Shown here in pieces: positions 40,792 to 49,800 of a stretch of DNA of 63,193 nt. Origin of the DNA: Chloroflexota bacterium (GTDB lineage: Bacteria; Chloroflexota; UBA11872; VXNJ01). The translations under genes were made by a program, and so were the position numbers. The stretch covers positions 1 to 63,193 of the forward strand of contig JASLPR010000030.1 in assembly GCA_030744875.1 (NCBI GenBank). Direction: 5' to 3'. How positions within the stretch are numbered: the first letter of the stretch is position 1; each line of letters opens with the position of its first letter. The notes under the pieces are model-generated. The model did not search any database. It saw only the letters and a program-made list of their open reading frames with translations, and was not told the origin of the DNA.

Positions 40792-42290
40792 TTTCTCCCG
40801 GACTCCAATCTGGCAACCGCTTCGGCGAGCGTCGCCGCTTCCGCGAACACCTCCGTCAGCCGGTCGATCACGTCCCCGGCCACCGCTTCCATTTTGACCT
40901 CAATCGTCCTGCCGTCCAGTTCCAGGGTTACCGAATCCCATTCCATGTTCCGCACGTGGCTCCCAAACCGTCGCAGGATCAATCCTCGCACCGTCCCGCG
41001 GGTTCCCGAAGGCGGAGTCTGCGTCGCCGCTCCGATCCGACTTTCGCTCACCAGCGTGCGCATCCGGCCGCTCTCCACCAGCGAGTCGTACAGGCTCATC
41101 TCCGGGTCCACCAGGTGGTAGGCGAGATCGATCTTGCGGCGGCTGGCCAGGTCGAGTTCCGCGGCCCCGCCCGGACTGTCCAGCAAGTTCCGCTTCGCCA
41201 CCCAGTCCAGCCGGTCGCCGGCCGCCGCCGGGTCGCTCCGCAGCAGGTCCAGCAACTCCCGCCACTGGCCCAGCACCCAGCCCCGCTCCGCGCCCTCCAC
41301 GCCCTGCGCCTCCAGCGTCTCCAGGTAGCGCTCCATGATGTCGGGCGCGCTCACCGCTTCCCCCGAGTCCAGCTCCGCCGTCGCCCGCAGGTCCGGGTCG
41401 CGCGAAAACTCCCGCACCGCCCGCACCGGGTCGCGCAGCCGGATTCCGAAATCCTCGTCGGCCACCAGCCGGTCCAGCACCAGCCCGCTCATGCCCGCCT
41501 TCAGCGCCGTGGCGTATTCGGAGCGGTTGGCGTCGCCGGCGATCACGTGTAGCCGGCGATATTGCTTCTTGTCGGCGTGCGGCTCGTCGCGGGTGTTGAA
41601 GATCGGCCGCCGGGCCGTCGTGTTGATGCCCACTTTCTCTTCGAAGAAATCGCCCCGCTGGCTGAGCTGGAACTTGGCGGCCCCGGCCACCTTGCCTTCG
41701 CAGCCCACCTTCCCCGCCCCCACCAGCACCTGTCGGGCGACCAGATACGGGATCATGCCGTCGACCAGCTTTTGGAACGGCACCGCCCGCGGCACCAGGT
41801 AGTTTTCGTGGGTGCCGTAGGAGCGCCCGTGGTAGTCGGTGTTGTTCTTCACCACCAGCACCTTGCCGTCGGCCGCCGACCCATTCCGAGCCTGCTGGCA
41901 GGCCAGCAGCAGGCGCTCGCCGGCCTTGTCCTGCGCCACCAGATCCTTCAGCGACACGCAGACATCGGTGCAGAACTCCGGGTGGTTGTGGTCGTTGTAG
42001 TAGCGCGCCCCGCTGGGCAGCACCGTGTTGGCCAGCAGTTCCTCGGCCGACATCTTCGAGCTCTTTGAAGTGGAGTTGCGCAGGTCGTGAGGGTCGCGTT
42101 CGAGCCGCTCGGCGCGGATCCCGCGCAGATCCCAGTAGGGGTCCTCACGGCTGTAGTCCCAGCCGCGAAACGCACCTTCCACCCGCGCCGCGCGGACCAG
42201 CATCGACGCCTCATAGCCGAAGTCGATCTCTTCGCTGAACCCTTCGCAGTTCAGTCCGTACTCGGTTTCGATCCCCACCGGCCGGATCAC
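40788..42290 (-). CDS. dop: Pup deamidase/depupylase Dop homolog
   Basis: GIETEYG, Dop-loop WDYSREDP..D.RG, GARYYNDH.HPE, DKAGE, KNNTD.HG.SYG.HENY, SQR.DFFE..VG..TT..RPI.NTRDEPHAD...YRRLHVI.GDAN. Confidence 0.9.
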   Translation of the reverse strand: MIRPVGIETEYGLNCEGFSEEIDFGYEASMLVRAARVEGAFRGWDYSREDPYWDLRGIRAERLERDPHDLRNSTSKSSKMSAEELLANTVLPSGARYYNDHNHPEFCTDVCVSLKDLVAQDKAGERLLLACQQARNGSAADGKVLVVKNNTDYHGRSYGTHENYLVPRAVPFQKLVDGMIPYLVARQVLVGAGKVGCEGKVAGAAKFQLSQRGDFFEEKVGINTTARRPIFNTRDEPHADKKQYRRLHVIAGDANRSEYATALKAGMSGLVLDRLVADEDFGIRLRDPVRAVREFSRDPDLRATAELDSGEAVSAPDIMERYLETLEAQGVEGAERGWVLGQWRELLDLLRSDPAAAGDRLDWVAKRNLLDSPGGAAELDLASRRKIDLAYHLVDPEMSLYDSLVESGRMRTLVSESRIGAATQTPPSGTRGTVRGLILRRFGSHVRNMEWDSVTLELDGRTIEVKMEAVAGDVIDRLTEVFAEAATLAEAVARLESGRN

Positions 42291-43162
42291 GCCAAAGCCT
42301 CCGGTGCTCTTCCCGGGCCCACGAACTCCAGCAGCGTCGCCCGGGGCGGGCAGTTGAATCGCAGCGGCAGGTTGGCCGTGCCGACCCCGGCGCTCACGTG
42401 GGTCGGCACCCCCTCGATGACCATCAGGCCGTACGTGGACGGCAGCCGCAGCGCTGTGTTCGTCATCCCCCGGATCAGCCCGCCGGGAAACAGGATCTGA
42501 CCGCCGTGGGTGTGACCCGACAGCATCAGGTCGCAGCGCCTCTCGCCCACCAGTCGCGCCGCGTCGGGCGAGTGCGCCAGCAGCAACACCGGCTCCGTCG
42601 AATCGACCGCTGCGTAGGCCTGGTTCAGGTCGGCCATCCCGAAATAGGGGTCGTCGGTGCCCACCAATTGCACCGGCCCTCGCTCCGTTTCGACCCGAAC
42701 GCTCGAGTTGCGCAGCGTGTTCAACCCCTCCTCGCGGAACACCCCCAACACCGCCTCCGGGTGCGAAAAGCGCCCGATCTTGCCGGATACCCGCTGCCCG
42801 AGCGTGCCGTGATAGTGATCGTGGTTCCCGAGCACAACGAACGTCCCCAGCCGCGCGCGCAGCGCGACCAGCGCCCGCGTCGCCGGCCGCAGGCCCGGCG
42901 GCTGCGTGATCACGTCGCCGGTTACCAGCACCAGGTCGGGCTCCAGGCGTTCGAGCTGCCGCAGCGCCCCGACCGACCAGGTCCGCGGGCTCTCGGCGTG
43001 CAGGTCGGTGAGGTGCAGGACGGTCATCCCGTCCAACGCCGACGCCGTCGCCAGCGGCACCCGGATCGTCTCGATCACCAGCGCCTGGGCCTCGCGCAGC
43101 GCCCAGCCCAGCGCCCCCATCCCCAGGGCGCCAACCGCCGCCAGCGTCGATAACGGGCGCAT
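42287..43162 (-). CDS. calcineurin-like metallophosphoesterase (YkuE-like)
   Basis: DLH, TGD, GNHD, H.PD, SGHTHGGQ, VSAG.G...R..CP. Its stop overlaps the dop start. Confidence 0.9.
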   Translation of the reverse strand: MRPLSTLAAVGALGMGALGWALREAQALVIETIRVPLATASALDGMTVLHLTDLHAESPRTWSVGALRQLERLEPDLVLVTGDVITQPPGLRPATRALVALRARLGTFVVLGNHDHYHGTLGQRVSGKIGRFSHPEAVLGVFREEGLNTLRNSSVRVETERGPVQLVGTDDPYFGMADLNQAYAAVDSTEPVLLLAHSPDAARLVGERRCDLMLSGHTHGGQILFPGGLIRGMTNTALRLPSTYGLMVIEGVPTHVSAGVGTANLPLRFNCPPRATLLEFVGPGRAPEALA

Positions 43163-43324
43163 GCGGCGGGCCTCCTGGTCATGGTTCGCGGGCGGGCGCC
43201 CGCCCCATGCGGACAAACATTTACCGGCCGTTGATGGGGTGAATCTATACTGGCCGGACCAGCCCACGATTGTAGCGGGTTGGACCACCCACCACCCGTC
43301 CCGATCCGCATGAGGAGCACCCCG

Positions 43325-44380
43325 ATGTCCAGTTCCGAACAGCCCACCTTCAAGCTCGGTTTGCTGACCGGCGGCGGCGATTGCCCCGGTCTCAACGCCG
43401 CCATCCGCGCCGTGGTCCGCAAGTCCATCATCAACGGTTGGCAGATCATGGGCTTTCGCAACGGCTGGGCCGGCATCCTCGAGCGCGATTACTTCGAGAT
43501 GACCGACCGTCACGTCTCCGGCATCCTCAACCAGGGCGGCACCATGCTGGGCACCTCACGGACCGATCCCCGCAAGACGAAGGGCAATTACGAGAAGGCC
43601 CGCTCGATCTTCGAGGGTCCGGGGCTCGACGCGCTGATCGCCATCGGCGGCGATGACACCCTCTCCGTCGCCAATCAACTGGCCGCCGACGGCCACCCGG
43701 TGGTCGGCATCCCCAAAACCATGGACAACGACGTGCAGGGCACCGACTACTGCATCGGCTTCGACTCCGCCGTCACCCGGGTAACCGAGGCGCTGGACTT
43801 CCTGCACACCACCGCCAGCTCGCACCATCGCGCCATGGTTGTCGAGGTCATGGGCCGCGACGCCGGCTGGGTCGCCACCATCGCCGGGCTCGCCGGCGGC
43901 GCCGACTACATCGTCATCCCCGAGGTCGCCGCGCAGCTGGACGACATCCTCGGGCGACTCAATATGCGCCGCGACCAGGGCAAGGACTTCAGTATCATCG
44001 TCATCTCCGAGGGTGCCCGCATCGAAGGTCTCGAAGAGGCCGAGGCGCGCGTGTCCGGCAGCGATGAGTTCGGCCACGTCGACCTGAGTTCCAAGGAGCT
44101 GGGCCGCCGCCTGGCCAACGCCATCGAAGACGGCACCGGCATGGAGACCCGCGTCACCGTGCTGGGCCACGTGCAGCGCGGCGGGCCGCCGTCGGTCTTC
44201 GACCGCGTGCTGGCCACCCGTCTGGGCGTGACCGCCGTGCGCATGGTGCGCAACCAGCGCTGGGGCTACATGCCGGCCCTGCAGGGCCGCGATATTGTCG
44301 AGGTCCCGCTGACCCAGGCCGTCGGCACCAACCGCAAGGTGGACCTGGACCTGTACGAAGTCGCGGAAATCTTCTTCTAG
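43325..44380 (+). CDS. pfkA: 6-phosphofructokinase, probably pyrophosphate-dependent
   Basis: TGGGDCPGLNA, GGT.LGTSR, GGDDT, PKTMDND, EVMGR.AG, LGHVQRGG. Confidence 0.92.
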   Translation: MSSSEQPTFKLGLLTGGGDCPGLNAAIRAVVRKSIINGWQIMGFRNGWAGILERDYFEMTDRHVSGILNQGGTMLGTSRTDPRKTKGNYEKARSIFEGPGLDALIAIGGDDTLSVANQLAADGHPVVGIPKTMDNDVQGTDYCIGFDSAVTRVTEALDFLHTTASSHHRAMVVEVMGRDAGWVATIAGLAGGADYIVIPEVAAQLDDILGRLNMRRDQGKDFSIIVISEGARIEGLEEAEARVSGSDEFGHVDLSSKELGRRLANAIEDGTGMETRVTVLGHVQRGGPPSVFDRVLATRLGVTAVRMVRNQRWGYMPALQGRDIVEVPLTQAVGTNRKVDLDLYEVAEIFF

Positions 44381-44467
44381 CCCGCATCCGCGGGTTTTGA
44401 TTGGAGTGGCTCTCCGGACCGGGTTCGCCGCCCGCGCCAACGCTTCTCCGAAACCCGCCCCCCGGGT

Positions 44468-45424
44468 CTAGACCGGCGCCACCGCGCCCCGGCCCATCGA
44501 GCGGAACTTCTCGTAGCGCGCCGCCACCAGCGCGTCGATGTCGCGCCCGGCCAGTGCCGCCAGCTCGTCCTCCAGCGCCCCGACCAGCAACTCGGCGGCG
44601 GCGTCGAAATCGATGTGCGCGCCGCCGGGCGGTTCCGGCACGATCCGGTCCACGATCCCCAGTTCAATGAGGTCCGGTGGGGTCAATTTCAATGCGGCGG
44701 CGGCCTCCGGGGCGAACTTGTGGTCCCGCCACACAATGCTCGCCGCGCCCTCCGGTGAGGCCACCGAATAGACCGTGTGTTCGAGCATCAAGATGCGGTC
44801 GCCGATGCCCAGCGCCAGCGCCCCGCCGCTGCCGCCCTCGCCGATCACCACCACCACAATCGGCACCCGCAGACCGGCCATTTCGAGCAGGTTGTCGGCA
44901 ATTGCCCAGGCCTGGCCGCGTTCCTCCGCTTCGAGCACCGGGCTGGCCCCGGGGATGTCCAGCAGCGTCACCACCGGCATCCCGAACTTCTCCGCCTGCA
45001 CCATCAACCGGCGCGCCTTGCGGAACCCCTCCGGGCTGGCCATGCCGAAATTGCGGCGCACATTCTCGCGGGTGTCGCGGCCCTTCTGATGGCCGATCAC
45101 CATCACCCGCTGCCCGGCCAGCTTCGCCGGCCCGCCCACCACCGCCGGGTCATCGCCGAAGTGGCGGTCGCCATGCATCTCCACGAAATCGGTCAGGATC
45201 AGGTCAATGAAATCCAGCGCGTGGGGGCGGTCCGGGTGGCGCGCCAGTTGCACCTTGTCCCACGGCGTCAGTTCGGCGAAGACCCGCGTGGTGCGCGCCT
45301 TCAACTCGAACTCCAATTCGCTGATCCGTGCCTCGCGGTCGCCCTTGAAGCCGCGGTCTTCGCGGATCTCTTCCAGGTCTTCGCGCAGCTTCACCAGCTC
45401 TCTTTCGAACTCCAGGGTGGCCAT
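44468..45424 (-). CDS. accA: acetyl-CoA carboxylase carboxyltransferase alpha
   Basis: LARHP.RP, HGDR.FGDD, GHQKGRDT, PEG.RKA, AEERGQ, GEGGSGGAL, SPEG.A. Confidence 0.96.
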   Translation of the reverse strand: MATLEFERELVKLREDLEEIREDRGFKGDREARISELEFELKARTTRVFAELTPWDKVQLARHPDRPHALDFIDLILTDFVEMHGDRHFGDDPAVVGGPAKLAGQRVMVIGHQKGRDTRENVRRNFGMASPEGFRKARRLMVQAEKFGMPVVTLLDIPGASPVLEAEERGQAWAIADNLLEMAGLRVPIVVVVIGEGGSGGALALGIGDRILMLEHTVYSVASPEGAASIVWRDHKFAPEAAAALKLTPPDLIELGIVDRIVPEPPGGAHIDFDAAAELLVGALEDELAALAGRDIDALVAARYEKFRSMGRGAVAPV

Positions 45425-46371
45425 CAGACCTGCCCGCCGGCCGGCTGGCTCTCGTCAACCTTCGGGGCAGCCTCCGGCCCCTCCGGGGATTCCTCTACCG
45501 ACGCGGCCTCCGCCTCCTCCGCCGGGCTATCCACCGGCGCGCCGGCCCCGGTGTACAGGTTCAGCAGCCGTCCCAGCAGGTCCTTCAAAGCCCGTCGCGG
45601 CGACACCAGGTCGACCATCCCGTGCTCTTGCATGAACTCGGCGCTCTGGGCGTCCTCGGGCAACTTCTGCTTCACGATCTGCTCGATCAGGCGGCGGCCG
45701 GTGAAGCCGATGGTGGCTCCCGGCTCGGCGACGATCACGTCGGCCAGCGAGGCGAAACTGGCGGTCACCCCGGCCAGCGTCGGGTCGGTCATCACCGAGA
45801 TGTACAGCAGCCCCGCGTCGTGGAAGCGGCGCAGTGCGGCGGACGTCTTGGCCATCTGCATCAGGCTCAACATCCCCTCCTGCATCCGCGCGCCGCCGGA
45901 ACAGTTCACGATCACCAGCGGCAGCCGCGCCTCCATGGCCGCCTCGACGGTCAGCGTGATCTTCTCGCCGACCACCGCCCCCATCGACGCGCCCAGGAAC
46001 CGGAAGTCGATGACCGCCAGGCAGATTTCGGCGCCGTCCAGGCGGCCCTTCCCGCAGATCACCGCCTCGATCAGGCCCGACGACTGCTGGTAGCGCGCCA
46101 GGTGCTCCGGGTAGGTCAGGCCGTCGCGCTCGAACTTCAGCGGGTCGGTGGTGGCCAGGCGCGGCGCGATCTGCACGAAGGCCTCCGGATCGTCTAGCAG
46201 CAGCGCGATCCGCTCCGGCGCCGAGAGCCGCTCGTGGAAGCCGCACTTCGGGCAGACCTTGTGGGCCATCTCGAACTCGCGTTCATAGGCCATCTCGCCG
46301 CATTCGCGGCAGGTATGCCACAGGCCCTCGGGTCCGCGCCGTTCGCGATCGCGGCGACCGAATATCTTCAA
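45424..46371 (-). CDS. accD: acetyl-CoA carboxylase carboxyltransferase beta
   Basis: Zn finger C..C..VCPKC, F.GASMG.VVGEK, SGGARMQEG..SLMQM, PT..GV.ASFA, Q.AEF..EHG. Confidence 0.96.
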   Translation of the reverse strand: MKIFGRRDRERRGPEGLWHTCRECGEMAYEREFEMAHKVCPKCGFHERLSAPERIALLLDDPEAFVQIAPRLATTDPLKFERDGLTYPEHLARYQQSSGLIEAVICGKGRLDGAEICLAVIDFRFLGASMGAVVGEKITLTVEAAMEARLPLVIVNCSGGARMQEGMLSLMQMAKTSAALRRFHDAGLLYISVMTDPTLAGVTASFASLADVIVAEPGATIGFTGRRLIEQIVKQKLPEDAQSAEFMQEHGMVDLVSPRRALKDLLGRLLNLYTGAGAPVDSPAEEAEAASVEESPEGPEAAPKVDESQPAGGQV

Positions 46372-46566
46372 TTGATTCTCCCGGTCGCCGCGTTCCGGCC
46401 AAATTCGGTCGGCCGGCGAGATGGGATCGTCAAGGTCTCTACTCCAGGGGGCAACGGGGGCGCGACCGACCGGCCGGGTGTTCCAGCCGCTCCGCGGGCC
46501 GCGTGCCCGGGCGCGATTATCGCGCCGTGAGGCGCAATTCTGTCAAGCAACCCGTTGGGTCTCGGC

Positions 46567-47229
46567 TCAGCCATGGGCCACCGCCACCACGTATAGCCGC
46601 CCCGCCCCGGCCCGCCGGCAGGCCCGCGCGCAGGCCATCACCGTGGACCCGGTGGTCACGATGTCGTCCACGATCACCACGTCGCGACCGGCCAGTTTCG
46701 CCGCGTCCGCGACGAAGGCCCCGCGCATGTTGGCGCGGTGCTGCGCGGCCGTCAGCCCGACCTGCGGCGGGGTGTTGCTCGACCGCGTCAGCGCACCGTC
46801 CAGCATCTCCGCGTCCAGTTCCCGGGCCATCCCGCGGGCCAGCAGCCGGCTCTGGTTGTAGCCGCGTTCCTTCTGCCTTTTCGAGTGCAGCGGCACCGGT
46901 ACGAGCGCCGCGCTGTCGACGGCGATGGCCACCAGTTGCGGTGCCAGCAACCACCCCAGCCACGGGGCCAGGTAGCGGCCGTTGCCGTATTTGAGCTTCA
47001 CCAGTGCGTTGCGCAGCGCGCCTTGGTATTCACCGGCCGCGCAGAGCCGCTCGATGCCCAGCTCTTCCAGGCGCCAGTCCAGCACGATCTCGGCGTCCGC
47101 CTGGCTCGCGTAGGCCTCCCAGCCGCCGATCACCGCCGCCGGCACGACCTCCGCGGCGCCCTCCGGGCAGAACCCCCAGCCCAGCTTTCGGCAGCCGCCG
47201 CAGCGCGGCGGAAACACCAGGTCGAGCAC
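46567..47229 (-). CDS. comF: ComF family (phosphoribosyltransferase-like) competence protein
   Basis: FPPRC..C, KY, VPVPLH..R..ERGYNQ, Q..L....R..N, VDDI.TTG.T. Confidence 0.88.
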   Translation of the reverse strand: MLDLVFPPRCGGCRKLGWGFCPEGAAEVVPAAVIGGWEAYASQADAEIVLDWRLEELGIERLCAAGEYQGALRNALVKLKYGNGRYLAPWLGWLLAPQLVAIAVDSAALVPVPLHSKRQKERGYNQSRLLARGMARELDAEMLDGALTRSSNTPPQVGLTAAQHRANMRGAFVADAAKLAGRDVVIVDDIVTTGSTVMACARACRRAGAGRLYVVAVAHG

Positions 47230-47236
47230 GAAATCC

Positions 47237-49393
47237 CTAGCCGGGAGCAGCAGCTGCCGGATCATCGACCGTCGCAACGCCATCCATCTCCACGATCTTG
47301 ATGTCGCCGTCTTGCAGGGTCACTTCGTAGGCGGCGGCTTCGTCGCCGTCACCCTCGATGATCCTGGTCGCCAGCGGATCCTCCACTTCGCTTTCCAGCA
47401 TGTGCCGCAGCGGCCGCGCTCCGTCGTCGCGCTCCACTGTCCGCCGCACGAAGTACTCCAGTACGTCGCCGGCGAAGCTGACCGTCACCCCCTGCTCGGC
47501 GGCCTGCCCGGCGAACGCCGACAGCGTGCGCCGCCCGATCTCGCGGTAGTCGGCCTCTTCCAGCTTGCGAAACAGAATCTGGCGGTCGATCCGGTTGATG
47601 AACTCGGCCGGCAGATCGCGTTTGACCTGCGACATGATCCGCGTTTCGGTGGCCTGCGAATAGCCGCCGTGGTCCGATTCCAGCTCGAAGCCGATCTGCC
47701 CGCTCGCCGCCACGCCGGCGCCCATGGTCAAGATCACGATGGTATTGCGGAAGTCCACCTTGCGGCTGGCGCCGTCGGTCAGGAAGCCCTCTTCCATGAT
47801 CTGCAAAAGGATCGTGCGCACCGCCGAGTGGGCCTTGTCGATCGAGTCGAACAGCACCACCCCGTAGGGGTCGCGGCGCACCCGTTCGGCCACGTGGCCG
47901 CCCTCGTCGTGGCCCACGTAGCCCGGCGGCGAGCCGATCAGCCGCGAGACGTTGTGACGGTCGGTCATCTCGCCCATGTCCACCCGGATCAGCTTGTCGT
48001 CGGAGCCGATCGTGAACTCGGTCAGGGCGGCCGCCAGCTCGCTCTTGCCGACCCCGCTGGGTCCCACGAAGAGGAAGACCCCGATGGGGCGGTTGGCGTC
48101 TTTGAGGCCGGCGGCGGCGCGCCGCAGCGAGCGCGACACCTCGCGCACCGCCTCATCCTGCCCGACCACCCGCTTCTCCAGCGCCTGCTCCATGCCCAGG
48201 TAGCGGTCGGCCGCCTCGGCGCTGACGTTGCCCAGGGGCACGCCGGTCCATTGCGCCAGCACCTCTTCCACGTCCTCGGTGGTGATCGCCCGGCGGGTGC
48301 GCTCCAGCTCGGCGTACCAGTCGCGGCGCTCGCTCAGCAGGTCCTCGCGCAGTTCCGCCTCCTGGGTGGCGATGTCCAGCACGTCGGCGGCTGCGGCGTC
48401 GTCGGGCAGCGACTCGCGCACCGCTCGCAGGTCTTCCAGCTCGCGCCGCAGGTCCCGCACCCGCTCCGGCGGCATCAGCCGCGACACCTTGGCCCGGGCC
48501 AGTGCTTCGTCCATCAGGTCGATGGCCTTGTCCGGCAGGAAGCGCTGGCTCAGGTAGCGCTTCGACAGCTTTACCGCCGCCGCCAGCGCGTCGTCGGCGA
48601 TCGGCAGGCCGTGAAACTCCTCGTAGCGCTCGCGCAGGCCGTGCATTATTTCGATGGCGTCCTCGGGGCTGGGCTCTTCGACCTGGATCGGCTGAAAGCG
48701 GCGATACAGCGCCTTGTCGTTGGCGACGTGGCGGCGGTATTCCTCCCAGGTGGTCGCGCCGATCATGCGCAGCTGCCCCCGCGCCAGGGCCGGCTTCAGC
48801 AAGTTGGCGGCGTCCAGCGAGCCCACCGCGTCACCGGCGCCGAGGATCATGTGCACCTCGTCGACGAACAGGATCACATTGTCGGCCTCGGTGACCTCTT
48901 TGATCAGCCGTTTCACGCGATCCTCGAACTCGCCGCGGTACTTGGTCCCGGCGATCATCGCGCTGACGTTCAGGGAGATCAGGTGCTGATCGCGCAGGGC
49001 GGCCGGTACCTCGCGGCGCGCCACCCGCTGCGCCAGACCCTCGACGACGGCCGTCTTGCCGACACCGGCCGAGCCCACCAGCACCGGGTTGTTCTTGGTG
49101 CGGCGCATCAGGATTTCGACCATGCGCTCCGTCTCCATGTTGCGGCCGATCACCGGGTCCAGCGCGCCGTTGCGCGCCCGGGTGGTCAGGTTGACCCCGA
49201 ACTGCTCCAGCACCGACTCGCGCCGCGGCCCGTGGCCCATGTCAAAACGTCGCCCGCCACCGCCGCCGCCGCCGCGCCGCCCGCCGCGTCCCCGCCGCCC
49301 GCCACGGCGCATCAGGTACAGCTCGGCCGGCAGGCACGCCGCGCCACGGCCGGCGCCCAATTCAAAGTCGAACATGAAGCTCATCGCCGCCAC
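47237..49393 (-). CDS. ClpC/ClpB-family AAA+ ATPase lacking the Clp_N domain, with atypical second ATPase module
   Basis: LDPVIGR, RRTKNNP.L.G..GVGKT, GTKYRGEFE, FVDE.H, coiled-coil M domain, GPSGVGKS, LIGSPPGYVG, IGF loop, GARPLR. Confidence 0.9.
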   Translation of the reverse strand: MAAMSFMFDFELGAGRGAACLPAELYLMRRGGRRGRGGRRGGGGGGGRRFDMGHGPRRESVLEQFGVNLTTRARNGALDPVIGRNMETERMVEILMRRTKNNPVLVGSAGVGKTAVVEGLAQRVARREVPAALRDQHLISLNVSAMIAGTKYRGEFEDRVKRLIKEVTEADNVILFVDEVHMILGAGDAVGSLDAANLLKPALARGQLRMIGATTWEEYRRHVANDKALYRRFQPIQVEEPSPEDAIEIMHGLRERYEEFHGLPIADDALAAAVKLSKRYLSQRFLPDKAIDLMDEALARAKVSRLMPPERVRDLRRELEDLRAVRESLPDDAAAADVLDIATQEAELREDLLSERRDWYAELERTRRAITTEDVEEVLAQWTGVPLGNVSAEAADRYLGMEQALEKRVVGQDEAVREVSRSLRRAAAGLKDANRPIGVFLFVGPSGVGKSELAAALTEFTIGSDDKLIRVDMGEMTDRHNVSRLIGSPPGYVGHDEGGHVAERVRRDPYGVVLFDSIDKAHSAVRTILLQIMEEGFLTDGASRKVDFRNTIVILTMGAGVAASGQIGFELESDHGGYSQATETRIMSQVKRDLPAEFINRIDRQILFRKLEEADYREIGRRTLSAFAGQAAEQGVTVSFAGDVLEYFVRRTVERDDGARPLRHMLESEVEDPLATRIIEGDGDEAAAYEVTLQDGDIKIVEMDGVATVDDPAAAAPG

Positions 49394-49396
49394 CCG

Positions 49397-49558
49397 CTAC
49401 GTCGGCAGGGGCAGGGAGTCCACGAAGTCCTGCAATGCCCGCCCGATGGTGTCGCCCAGCCCGTTGAGGATCGCCAGCAGCGTCACGACGAAGAAGGCGA
49501 TCACCAGCGCGTAGGCGGCCGCGCCGAAGCCTCCGCCGCGACTCTCGATTCCTGCCAA
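49397..49558 (-). CDS. Flp/type IVb pilin-like small protein
   Basis: MAGIESRGGGFGAAAYALVIAFFVVTLLAILNGLGDTIGRAL...: short leader, G-x5-Y-AL hydrophobic helix, LG..I pattern. The Glu+5 is replaced by Ala. Confidence 0.5.
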   Translation of the reverse strand: MAGIESRGGGFGAAAYALVIAFFVVTLLAILNGLGDTIGRALQDFVDSLPLPT

Positions 49559-49800
49559 TGCCCGGCCCTTTCGCGATCCGGCCGGTTCCAGAACGCCGGC
49601 CACCTGTGTCTTTGAATTGTACCTGCCCCAGCCGGGCCTCCCGGTCTTGTTTCTTACTTCGCCATCCGCGCCCTCCAGCCGACTCGCGAAACCTGCAAAA
49701 CCGCTCCAAAACCGGCCCTTTTCTGCTAGAATTGCCTGATGTCTGATCACCCCAAACGTGCCTTGAACGCCCTGCAGTCGTGCCCCCCGGCTGGTTGCCT

